Source: an uncultured Gammaproteobacteria bacterium (GTDB lineage: Bacteria; Patescibacteriota; Patescibacteriia; 2-12-FULL-60-25). From it: DNA of 64,000 nucleotides. The notes beneath the pieces are model-generated. The model did no database searches. It was not told the origin of the DNA and saw nothing but the letters and a program-made list of their open reading frames with translations. Of this stretch, positions 16,442 through 25,322 are shown one piece after another (the first letter of the stretch is position 1; each line of letters starts with the position of its first letter). The stretch lies in contig CAYTIN010000001.1 of NCBI GenBank assembly GCA_964438015.1, positions 54,074-118,073 of the forward strand, in the 5' to 3' direction. Position numbers and translations under genes: made by a program.

Positions 16442-18746
16442 GCTGCAAATTGCCATTGAGGCTTCCAACAAGGCAGCCGGTGAATTGAAATCCCTCGAAA
16501 ATGATTTGCGCGGCGTATCGTCTGCGACCAATACGTCGGGAGTGGGCTTCGGAAAACTTGTCGGAGCCATCGGATTGGGAAATCTTGCCGCAAACGCCGC
16601 GAGCTCCGCATTCAACGCCTTGGGAGATTTCTTGAAAGGCACTCTTGAGGCTGCTGGTAATGCAGAAGCGGGCCAAGCCCAGCTCGCAGCTGTTTTGCAA
16701 TCTACGGGAATGGCGGCAGGAGTCACCGGAGAGATGGCGAATGATCTCGCAACCAAGATGGCGAACCTCTCGACCTTCACGGACGACGAGGTGCTTTCGG
16801 CCGAGAACCTGATGCTGACGTTTACAAAAGTCACGAAGGACGTTTTTCCGGATGCCATCCAAGCGGCGCTCAATGTCAGTACCGTCATGGGGCAAGACCT
16901 GAAATCTTCCGTGGTCCAGCTCGGCAAGGCGCTGAATAATCCGATTGACGGCCTCACGGCACTCACGCGCGTCGGCGTTTCCTTTACCGACCAGCAGAAA
17001 AAACAGATTGAGACACTGGTCGAAACGGGGAAGACGATGGATGCGCAGAAGATCATCCTGCAGGAATTAAACCGGGAATTCGGCGGATCGGCCGCAGCTG
17101 CCGCGAATACCTATCAAGGAAAAATAAAGCAGCTTAATAACGCGCTCGGAGAAGTGCAGGAGAATATCGGCAAAGCCGTACTGCCTGCGCTCAATCTTTT
17201 TGTTAACGATGCCTTGAGCGCCGCAAAAGGAGCGCAGGAAGCCACTACCAAGAACGATGGATGGTCCCGCAGCTTCTATAGCCTCGCCTCTGGCGCAAAA
17301 GCAGCCGGCTACGTTCTAAAGGGCTTGGCGTATGCCGTGCTCTCGCTTGGAACATTGCTTGTCGGAGGGGCGATTGAGGCAGTTGCCTTCGCATCCGACG
17401 TTGCCAAGTCTTTTAAGCGTATTGGGGAGATCGGACAGAACGTTTTCGCCGCATTAGCCAAGGCGATGACAGGGGACTTCGCAGGCGCGAAAGAATCGCT
17501 TGCCAAAGCCGTCTCAGCTTTTGATCTTTCCGGTTTCAACGCGACGGTGAAGCAGGTCAACAGGACTCTCGGATCTTTTGCGACGGACATGGACTACGCA
17601 TTCATTCAAGCCGGACAGGCAATGAAGGAAGGCGTAGTACAGCAAGGCTTCAAGCCTATCGAGAACGCAGCGCCGAACGTCGCGCGTCAGATCATGGATG
17701 CCGTGGGCGGCGGGACGGCCAAAGCCGCAGACAAGGCTAAGGAATCGCTTGGCAAATTCAAGGATGCCGTCGAAGCGACTCAGTCCAAGCTCTCTGACGC
17801 CATCCGTGACTACACGCAAAAATCCAATGACCGCCTGGACGACCATCGGAAGAAGGTTGCCGAAATCAATGCAGAGATGTCGCAGCTGCAGGAAGATTTT
17901 GCGAAGTCGACGGCCGACAGGGAGAAGCAATACCAAGACCAGCGCCTTGATCTATTCATGGCGCACCAGGACAAGCTGACGGAAGCACAAAAGGAATTCG
18001 CCAGCCTGCAGAAGGATTTACAGAACGCAGATGATCCCGACCGCCGCGCCGAACTCGAGGCGAGAGCGAGCGAAACCAAGAAGCAGCTTGATGCGGAACA
18101 GGCCATTGTCGATCAGTACGCGTCGCTCAAAGCGGATGCGGAAAAATATCGCGCTTCGAATGACCTCGAACGTTTACGGTTGAAGCATGAGGCCGAGAAC
18201 CTCGCCGACAAGCAAGCCTTCGACGAGAAGATGGCCACGCTCAAAGAGCGGATGCAGGAAGAGGAGGACGAGTACATAAAACAAACCGAACGTCTCAAGG
18301 AAGAGACCGTCCGGCGTTTTGACGAACTCCTGAAGGAATATAAAACCGGATACGACAAGCTGATTGCCGAATCAAAGATAAAACAGTCGGAACTTAAAGC
18401 CATTCAAGATCAGGCCGAGGCGACGCTTAAAGCCATCCAGGCGGCACGCAGCGCCATCACGTCAGCTCCGACGGGCAACGCAGCTGCGATTCCGCATCTT
18501 GCTGCAGGAGGCATCGTGACTCGTCCGACTATCGCCCTTATCGGCGAAAGAGGACCGGAAGCGGTGATTCCATTGAATCGCTCTGGAGCTGCCATCGGAG
18601 GGCAGCCGATTTCCGTTTCCATCTTAGAAGGTGCTGTTTTGAATATCTCGAACGAAGCCGACGAGTCGAGGCTTGCCCGCACCGTAGCCAAGGAACTTGC
18701 CAAGGTGCTCCAAGGCAATCGATTTGGCTTGGCAGCCCAAATGTAG
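16428..18746 (+). CDS. tail tape measure protein
   Basis: 772 aa. TP901-type core (LGKALNNPIDGLTALTRVGVSFTDQQKKQIE), a Gly/Ala-rich hydrophobic middle, and a long coiled coil. Confidence 0.9.
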   Translation: MANAKLQIAIEASNKAAGELKSLENDLRGVSSATNTSGVGFGKLVGAIGLGNLAANAASSAFNALGDFLKGTLEAAGNAEAGQAQLAAVLQSTGMAAGVTGEMANDLATKMANLSTFTDDEVLSAENLMLTFTKVTKDVFPDAIQAALNVSTVMGQDLKSSVVQLGKALNNPIDGLTALTRVGVSFTDQQKKQIETLVETGKTMDAQKIILQELNREFGGSAAAAANTYQGKIKQLNNALGEVQENIGKAVLPALNLFVNDALSAAKGAQEATTKNDGWSRSFYSLASGAKAAGYVLKGLAYAVLSLGTLLVGGAIEAVAFASDVAKSFKRIGEIGQNVFAALAKAMTGDFAGAKESLAKAVSAFDLSGFNATVKQVNRTLGSFATDMDYAFIQAGQAMKEGVVQQGFKPIENAAPNVARQIMDAVGGGTAKAADKAKESLGKFKDAVEATQSKLSDAIRDYTQKSNDRLDDHRKKVAEINAEMSQLQEDFAKSTADREKQYQDQRLDLFMAHQDKLTEAQKEFASLQKDLQNADDPDRRAELEARASETKKQLDAEQAIVDQYASLKADAEKYRASNDLERLRLKHEAENLADKQAFDEKMATLKERMQEEEDEYIKQTERLKEETVRRFDELLKEYKTGYDKLIAESKIKQSELKAIQDQAEATLKAIQAARSAITSAPTGNAAAIPHLAAGGIVTRPTIALIGERGPEAVIPLNRSGAAIGGQPISVSILEGAVLNISNEADESRLARTVAKELAKVLQGNRFGLAAQM

Positions 18747-18749
18747 CCT

Positions 18750-19598
18750 ATGTCTGTCTACCAATTTGATGCCGCAAAACTCGACACCGTCACATTGGAC
18801 GGTGCTTCGGCGACCTCTCCCGCGTCGACCGACGAGATTACCTTCAATAACTACGGCCTGCAGAACACGAGCATCCTGACCCGTTTCGTGAAGCTTTCCG
18901 CGCCCATTCTAGATCTGCAGAAACGAGCCTACCCGCGTGCGCAAGGCGCATATGCGGAAACCGCTTACTGGCGGGAGACGCATCTCGTCCTGCGCGGAAC
19001 CATCAAAGGATCGAGCCGGACGGATATGGAATCGCGGATGGATACGCTGCGAAAGAACCTCGCTGTCTTCGGCGGCATCCTCAAGATCCCTTGGGCCGGA
19101 ACTTCGCGCTACTACGAATGCTACGCCATCGGCCTCGACCGTATTTTCCAGGAACGCGACCACTACCACATGACGATGTGTCCGTACGAAATCGAACTCA
19201 TCGCCCTGCAGCCATTCGGCCGGAGTGGGGGACGGACGGTCACCGACGTTCCGACGCCTATAGCGGTTTCGCCGACGACCATGGAATTCGTAAACGCCGG
19301 AACGGCTGAAGCTGACTCGCTCGCGTATCTCACCGTCGTCACAGCCGGAACGCTTTCGCAGATTGTTTGGGAGAACACGACGAACGGCGACAAGGTGACC
19401 ATCCCTTCCAGTTTTTCGAATGGCGACCAGATCGTCATCGACGGCGAGAACCGCCGCGTCACGAAAAACGGCGTCGAGATCGACTACACCGGCGTCCTGC
19501 CGAAAATCATCTCAGGTTCGAACGCTTTCAAAATAACTCTTACGGGATCCGGTTTCTCGATCTCCGCGACCGAACTCCATTACTCACGCTTCTACTGA
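18750..19598 (+). CDS. distal tail protein (Dit-like siphovirus tail component)
   Basis: Called by position directly after the tape measure, plus size and beta-rich composition. Confidence 0.5.
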   Translation: MSVYQFDAAKLDTVTLDGASATSPASTDEITFNNYGLQNTSILTRFVKLSAPILDLQKRAYPRAQGAYAETAYWRETHLVLRGTIKGSSRTDMESRMDTLRKNLAVFGGILKIPWAGTSRYYECYAIGLDRIFQERDHYHMTMCPYEIELIALQPFGRSGGRTVTDVPTPIAVSPTTMEFVNAGTAEADSLAYLTVVTAGTLSQIVWENTTNGDKVTIPSSFSNGDQIVIDGENRRVTKNGVEIDYTGVLPKIISGSNAFKITLTGSGFSISATELHYSRFY

Positions 19599-19599
19599 T

Positions 19600-21120
19600 A
19601 TGTCGTATCAAAAACTTTTCGTCTTGGACCGCGCATCCTTTCTCTTGGATGCCCAGCTCCTTTCATCGCAGACCTCCGGAACCTTCACCGGATCTTCGGC
19701 GTCCGCGCTGGGAACGCAATCATGGAATATGCCCGCTGGCTACAAGGGCGTGCTCACCATCGAGAACGAGCAGATTCTTCTTTCTGCCATGTCGATTTCG
19801 GGCGGGGTCGTAACCTGCACCATCGACACGCGCGGGTACGACAATACGACGGCCGCGACTCATGCCTCCGGTGCAACTTGCGAGATCCATTTCACAAAAG
19901 GAAACCATGACCAGATTCAGGACTACCTTGCCGGTTTCGACGACGGAGGTTTTATCGTCCAAAGCGCGGTGACGACTGTTGTCTCGGCGACGAGCCACAC
20001 CATCAGCGGGGACAAGACGGCAATCTTCACGGTTGGACGCATCTATCTGTTCAAGGTGGCGGGCACTTGGTATCGCGGCGTCATTACGGCCGTTTCATAT
20101 TCCAACCCGACGACAACCATCACGCTCATGGGCGACGGATTGCCGGGATCTGGAACGGTGACGAACGCAGGCTTCGAATTCAACCAATCGGTCAACAAGG
20201 CCATCGACATCGCGCTCATCAAGCAAGTCACGACCGCTCCGGCGTCCAACCCGCCAGCGGGCTATCTCTACATTTGGGCGAAGAATGGTGGATGGTACAC
20301 GCGAGACAGCTCCGGCAATGTGCGCTATCTGAATGCCGTGACCGCTTCCGTATCATCTTCAAGCGGCGTTCTGACATGCGACTGTTCGACCGCGAATTTT
20401 TTCGAATGCACGCTCACGGAAAACATCACCCAAGTAACATGGCAAAACGGTACGGACGGGGAGAGCTATTTTATCCGTTTCCGTCAGCACGCTTCGGCAG
20501 CTAAAACTGTCGCCTTGAATACAGCCGGCGGGACGCGATTCTCGAATGATATTCCCTCCTATGTAGTCACGTCCGCCGTCTCGACCGTGGACTATCTCGA
20601 ATTCCGCTACCACAGCAGCGATACGAAGTGGGATCTCACAAAAGTCACTCAAGGATTCCAGGCTTCGCCCACGGCTGCCGCTTCGCTCCCTCCGGGCATC
20701 ATGGCTCCATACGGCGGTTCGTCGGCTCCCTCGGGCTGGCTGCTTTGCGACGGAGCTGCGGTATCGCGCACCACCTACGCCGCTCTATTCGCCATTCTCA
20801 GCACCGCATACGGGGTCGGCGATGGATCCACGACTTTCAACTTGCCGAACATGAAGGGGAACGTTCCGGCTGGCTACGATTCAGGACAAACGGAATTCAA
20901 CGCGCTGGGCAAAACGGGTGGCGCAAAAACGCACACGCTTCAGACCACGGAAATTCCGGCGCACACCCACAGCATTCCTGGCGCTTCCGGAACGTCCGGA
21001 GGATTCCCGCCTGCAACCGCGCAGAACGCGGGCGGGTGGACTTCAGGCTCTACGGGTGGCGGCGGAGCGCACAATAACTTGCAGCCCTACAACACGTTCA
21101 ACTTCATCATCAAGACGTAG
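19600..21120 (+). CDS. tail fibre protein with C-terminal phage tail-collar domain
   Basis: The C-terminus GWLLCDGAAVSRTTYAALFAIL...TFNLPNMKG...HTHS...HNNLQPY is the tail-collar (MdpB-like) signature. Confidence 0.75.
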   Translation: MSYQKLFVLDRASFLLDAQLLSSQTSGTFTGSSASALGTQSWNMPAGYKGVLTIENEQILLSAMSISGGVVTCTIDTRGYDNTTAATHASGATCEIHFTKGNHDQIQDYLAGFDDGGFIVQSAVTTVVSATSHTISGDKTAIFTVGRIYLFKVAGTWYRGVITAVSYSNPTTTITLMGDGLPGSGTVTNAGFEFNQSVNKAIDIALIKQVTTAPASNPPAGYLYIWAKNGGWYTRDSSGNVRYLNAVTASVSSSSGVLTCDCSTANFFECTLTENITQVTWQNGTDGESYFIRFRQHASAAKTVALNTAGGTRFSNDIPSYVVTSAVSTVDYLEFRYHSSDTKWDLTKVTQGFQASPTAAASLPPGIMAPYGGSSAPSGWLLCDGAAVSRTTYAALFAILSTAYGVGDGSTTFNLPNMKGNVPAGYDSGQTEFNALGKTGGAKTHTLQTTEIPAHTHSIPGASGTSGGFPPATAQNAGGWTSGSTGGGGAHNNLQPYNTFNFIIKT

Positions 21121-21126
21121 TTCCGT

Positions 21127-22206
21127 ATGCCGAAGGCCGCACGATTTCTTGCAAAAATATATTCCAGCACAGGCGGCTCTTTTCGGCGTGTCTTAGATAG
21201 CGGCGTTCTGCTCTCGGTCCCGCGAATCGTCAGAGAGGTGAACAAGCCCGCAGGGGAGATCACGCTGGACGTAGCGCTCCCATGGGATGGCTTCGGATAC
21301 GGATCGACGATTAACCTATTCGATCTGGTAAAGGTCTACGCAGTAAACGACGCAAATCCCGATGGGCTATTGGTTTACCAAGGGCACATCACCGAGATCG
21401 AGACGCACTTCGACGCAACGGGGAACGGAGTATCGCTCCGCATCTTTCCAATCGATGCTCTGCTCGGAAACGCCTTTTGGGTTGGTGCTGCATACACCGT
21501 GGCGTATGCTGCTGCGGACGTGGATACGATGTTCTCTGATGGTATCGATGATGCGAATGCGGTCCACGGATCGTTCTTTACGAAGAACCTCGGGAATCCG
21601 GCATTATCGGTCACCGTCAACTTCGTGCAGAAGACGCATCTTGAGGTGTTGCAATCAGCTTTCGATTTCCTTAGCGCAACATGGTATTGGCGCGTACGCG
21701 CGAATGGACAAATTGATCTCCAACAATATTCCGACGTTACACAGACGCATACGCTCGCGCTTGGGAAGCATGTCGATTCGATCCAAGCCGGGAAGTCTAT
21801 TCTGAATCTGAAGAATCTCGTTCGGCTAGGATGGGGGAGCGGGCCTACTTATGCCGTCTATTCAGATGGGACGAGCCAGACGGCCTATGGCCATCGTGAT
21901 GAGGCGCTAACGGATTCCGGTATTCAGAACAGCGGGTCGGCTGACGCGAAAGGGAACGGGGAAATTGCGCGCCTAAAAGATCCCCGCACAAAAACCGTTC
22001 TGACCGTGAATGCGAACTATGCCATCGAGACGATTCTGCCAGGGGACACGGTGAAGGTCGTAAACGTGCCGACCGGCGCGTCATCCATCCTTTCGGCGCT
22101 GGTACTGCGCGTCCAGCGCGTTGAATACGATGGGAGCCTAGCCGTCCTGCACCTTGCAGATACGGCGGATCTTTTTGGAGAGGAGTTATCAGCGATTCTA
22201 GAATAG
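21127..22206 (+). CDS. putative tail/baseplate protein
   Basis: Last gene of the + strand structural array. No firm motif. Confidence 0.4.
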   Translation: MPKAARFLAKIYSSTGGSFRRVLDSGVLLSVPRIVREVNKPAGEITLDVALPWDGFGYGSTINLFDLVKVYAVNDANPDGLLVYQGHITEIETHFDATGNGVSLRIFPIDALLGNAFWVGAAYTVAYAAADVDTMFSDGIDDANAVHGSFFTKNLGNPALSVTVNFVQKTHLEVLQSAFDFLSATWYWRVRANGQIDLQQYSDVTQTHTLALGKHVDSIQAGKSILNLKNLVRLGWGSGPTYAVYSDGTSQTAYGHRDEALTDSGIQNSGSADAKGNGEIARLKDPRTKTVLTVNANYAIETILPGDTVKVVNVPTGASSILSALVLRVQRVEYDGSLAVLHLADTADLFGEELSAILE

Positions 22207-22241
22207 AAAAACAGCCACTCCGTGCGGCTGCTTTCCTATTC

Positions 22242-23291
22242 TTAGTCTAAAAGATCCCTGTTATCGAAGATCCGAGAGAGATGGGCGATAATCGTTCCCC
22301 ATTCCGAGATCGGTTTGTTGGACCACTTCTTCGTAATGTCGCGCGAGGCGTCCCATAAGCGGAAACGCAGACCTTCTTCGTTCGGCGAGATGCCCTTAGT
22401 GACGCGGCGGAATTCGCTATGCAGGCTTTCAATGGGATTCGTCGTGTAGACTAAGCGCCGCACAGGCTCCGGATAACTGAAGAATGAAGCGAGCTCTGGC
22501 CATTCTTTTTCCCAGCGGCGGAGGAACGGTTCAAAGTCAGGCCACTTCTTTTTCATTTCTTCAAGAGCGACCAACCCCGCTTCTTCCGTCGGAGCATTGT
22601 AGACCTCTTTGAGATCAGCGCAGAACTTCTCTTTGTTCTTGCCCGTCACATACTTGCTGCTGCCGCGGACAAGGTGATTGATGCACTGCTGAATGGTTGT
22701 TTTCGGAAAAACGTCGGTGATAGCCTTGGAGAATCCCTTAAGGCCGTCGATGCAGCAGATTAAAATGTCTTTGACTCCGCGATTTTTCAAATCGAGCAGA
22801 ACATTTCCCCAGAACTTAGCTCCTTCCGTATCAGCAATCCAGATTCCGAGAAGCTCTTTCTCGCCGTCCATGTTGATGCCCAGCGCATGATAGCTGCATT
22901 TGGTCACGGTCTTGCCGTTTTCTTTCACAGAGCAATGCATGCCGTCTAAAAAGACGATTGGATAAATATGGGAAAGGGGGCGGGTGAGCCATTCGTGCAT
23001 GCGAGGAATGTCTTCTTCAGATGCGGCCGAAATTTTTTCGCGCGACATCTCTACGCCTTCCGCTTCTTTCAGGTAGGCGCGAATACCGCCCGTGGTCATG
23101 CCTTTTCGCTTCAGCGCTTGAATCTTCTCTTTCACGTCAACCTGTTTTCCTGTGAGCTGCATCGATTCCATATTGTGGACGAGGAGCTCATACGAGGGGC
23201 CAAGGAGTTCTTTTAAAAAAGTCTTCTGATCTTCCGGCGAATCGAGCTCCTTTAGTTTTTCCTGAATGTCTGTGAATGTGAATGCTTCCAT
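22242..23291 (-). mobile_element. IS256-family (Mutator-type) transposase, N-terminally shortened
   Basis: The DDE region is clear: IVFLDGMH, ICCIDGLKGF, VYTTNPIESLH, plus the GAKFW motif. At 349 aa it lacks the segment normally lying between the N-terminal helices and the ...GMTT... box. I saw no terminal inverted repeats. Confidence 0.8.
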
Positions 23292-23340
23292 AAAGAATGA
23301 ATTTAGTTTTTAGCGCGACAAGCATGGAGGGGTGAGGGGA

Positions 23341-24213
23341 TTAGGTAAGATGTTTGTCCAATAGTTTTTGCATTTCTAAGAGTAAGACTTTTTCCTGGTT
23401 GGAGAATGGCGTCTCGGATTTCTCGTGCTTTTTGATCTCCTTGATCGAATCCTCCAGCCAGAGTGAGAAGCCCGACTGAATCGTGTTCTTCTCAAGATCC
23501 TCGACGCTCATATCCGGGTTAGACAAGAACCCGTGGATGTAGTTGATGTTCGCCGTGGTGCGCAGAAAGATGCGTCCCAGCGTGCGAAAATCCTTCGAGC
23601 TATGAATGACTTGGTACTTCACGCGCTCGAAGAGCGTTTTTACGATATCGTCGACCGTAAATTCTTTGATCGGCCGAAGCTTAGGATGCAGCTTCACGAA
23701 CTCGACCTGGTAGCTGGACGAAAGGCCATACTCGTCCATCATGTTTTTGTATTCAGACTTGAGTTTGCTCAGCTTCAAAGAATTACTGATTATCGTTTCG
23801 GAGATGAAAAGCTTTTCGGCCACCTTCTTGTTCTCGTTGATGCCTGAAGCCTTCTTGTAGTTCGCCAAAGCCTCTGCTCGTTCGGTTGGCTTCCAAAGCC
23901 GGCGGTTCGTCTGCCACTCGAAACGAATTCGTTCCAGCTGACCTGCTTCAAGTTTCGGATAGACAAGACAGGGGACTGTAGTCAGCCCGATTTCGCCAGC
24001 GCACTTATGGCGGCGATGCCCATCGATGATCTGGAATTTTCCGTTATCCAGCTTCATTACAGCAATCGGCTGCTGGACCCCAAACTCCTCAAGCGAAAGT
24101 CTGAGGCGATTCTTGTCGCCTTCGGTGTTGAAATCTTCGCGCGGCTGGCGGGGGTCGCGTACCAGCTGCCCGATGGGCAGCTCTTTGAATTCGGCGGAAA
24201 TGGGTTCGGTCAT
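23341..24213 (-). CDS. ParB/Srx N-terminal domain protein (290 aa)
   Basis: LPIGQLVRDPRQPREDF...FQIIDGHRRHKCAGEIGLTTVPC is a ParB box, followed by an HTH-like region. Start at ATG 24213. Confidence 0.7.
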   Translation of the reverse strand: MTEPISAEFKELPIGQLVRDPRQPREDFNTEGDKNRLRLSLEEFGVQQPIAVMKLDNGKFQIIDGHRRHKCAGEIGLTTVPCLVYPKLEAGQLERIRFEWQTNRRLWKPTERAEALANYKKASGINENKKVAEKLFISETIISNSLKLSKLKSEYKNMMDEYGLSSSYQVEFVKLHPKLRPIKEFTVDDIVKTLFERVKYQVIHSSKDFRTLGRIFLRTTANINYIHGFLSNPDMSVEDLEKNTIQSGFSLWLEDSIKEIKKHEKSETPFSNQEKVLLLEMQKLLDKHLT

Positions 24214-24421
24214 AAAAATTTCCGGCAGATTACACAAATTTTTTTATTGGCGTCAAGGGTGGGGGAGGTGATGATGTAGAAAAACCCCTAAAACACTAGG
24301 TAAAATCGCACTATTGCGGAGCACTAAGTGTGCAGCGCAGACATAGGGGAGGGCGCACGAAAATCAACGCAATCTTGGGGGAGCGCAATCGTCCCCAAAT
24401 GGCGCAACCGGAGATTTAAAA

Positions 24422-24454
24422 CCTAAAAACCCAGCTTGGTGCTGGGTTTTTAGG
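24422..24454 (-). terminator. intrinsic terminator closing the mod-res-parB-dam unit
   Basis: CCTAAAAACCCAGC-TTGGT-GCTGGGTTTTTAGG forms a 14-bp perfect stem, 16 nt after the dam stop. A T-run follows on the minus strand. Confidence 0.75.
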
Positions 24455-24469
24455 AGGTCCGTCAGGAAT

Positions 24470-25318
24470 TTAAACCTTCACCTTATCGGACATGATCATG
24501 ACCTCGCGACCTTTGCGGGACTCGTAGGCATTGTATCGTAAGGAGAAATTCTGAATTCTTCGCTTTGGATAAAGAGACTTGATCTGAACTTTATTATCGT
24601 AGGTCAATAACCAAAATGCATCTGGATTTGCGTTTAGACGGTCGGCAAGATCTGCATGATCTCCCTTTTGGTAATGGTTCAAATAAAGAGTTGATCCTTT
24701 TTCAAAATAGGGAGGATCCAAATAAATAAATGCATTTTTCTTTTTTAGGTAACGACCAATCAACGAGACTCCATCTTTGTTGAAAACCGATATCCTATTT
24801 TTGTATAGAGAGAGCTGCCTGATCCGCTCAGCCAATGCCACTCTATTAAAACGTGCATCGATCTTCCACTTGCCCTTCTGTTCAATGCCACCGATTGGTC
24901 CTCCATTTAGAATCCCAGAGACATTTGTTCTATTCAGATAAAATGTGGCAAAACCTAGCTCGAATCGCTTAGACTTGGGATTCGTGTAAATCTTTTTTTG
25001 CTTTCTCCATTCTTTGATTGTCAATGGAACCGAGGAAAGTTTTCTGATGAATTTTTCTGAATCAAAAATTGCAGACTTCCAAAATGAATATATCGCCTTA
25101 TCTAAATCATTGATGACAATCCTCTCCACCTTTTCTAAAAAGAGTAATGCCAAGGCTGCACCAGCACCGCCCGCAAATGGTTCAACGTACGTGACATTCT
25201 TTAAACCGCTATCCTTCAATACGCGGTCAAAGAAAGGGAAAAGCAAAGTCTTACCTCCAGGATATCGCAGGGGACTGTAGTAAAATTTCGGACTTTTTTT
25301 TTGAAGGATACGGATCAT
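24470..25318 (-). CDS. dam: DNA adenine methyltransferase, D12/Dam class (alpha-class)
   Basis: YYSPLRYPGGK, motif I VEPFAGGAGAAL, and motif IV YLDPPYFEKG. Start at ATG 25318, 4 nt after the upstream stop. Confidence 0.85.
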   Translation of the reverse strand: MIRILQKKSPKFYYSPLRYPGGKTLLFPFFDRVLKDSGLKNVTYVEPFAGGAGAALALLFLEKVERIVINDLDKAIYSFWKSAIFDSEKFIRKLSSVPLTIKEWRKQKKIYTNPKSKRFELGFATFYLNRTNVSGILNGGPIGGIEQKGKWKIDARFNRVALAERIRQLSLYKNRISVFNKDGVSLIGRYLKKKNAFIYLDPPYFEKGSTLYLNHYQKGDHADLADRLNANPDAFWLLTYDNKVQIKSLYPKRRIQNFSLRYNAYESRKGREVMIMSDKVKV

Positions 25319-25322
25319 GATC

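Noticed and set aside
22210-22232. Hairpin CAGCCAC-TCCG-TGCGGCTG after the last tail gene as a prophage end or att site.
   Set aside because: It is only a short imperfect stem. It is compatible with a weak bidirectional terminator between the convergent tail and transposase genes. I found no repeat of it, or of the tRNA 3' end, nearby.
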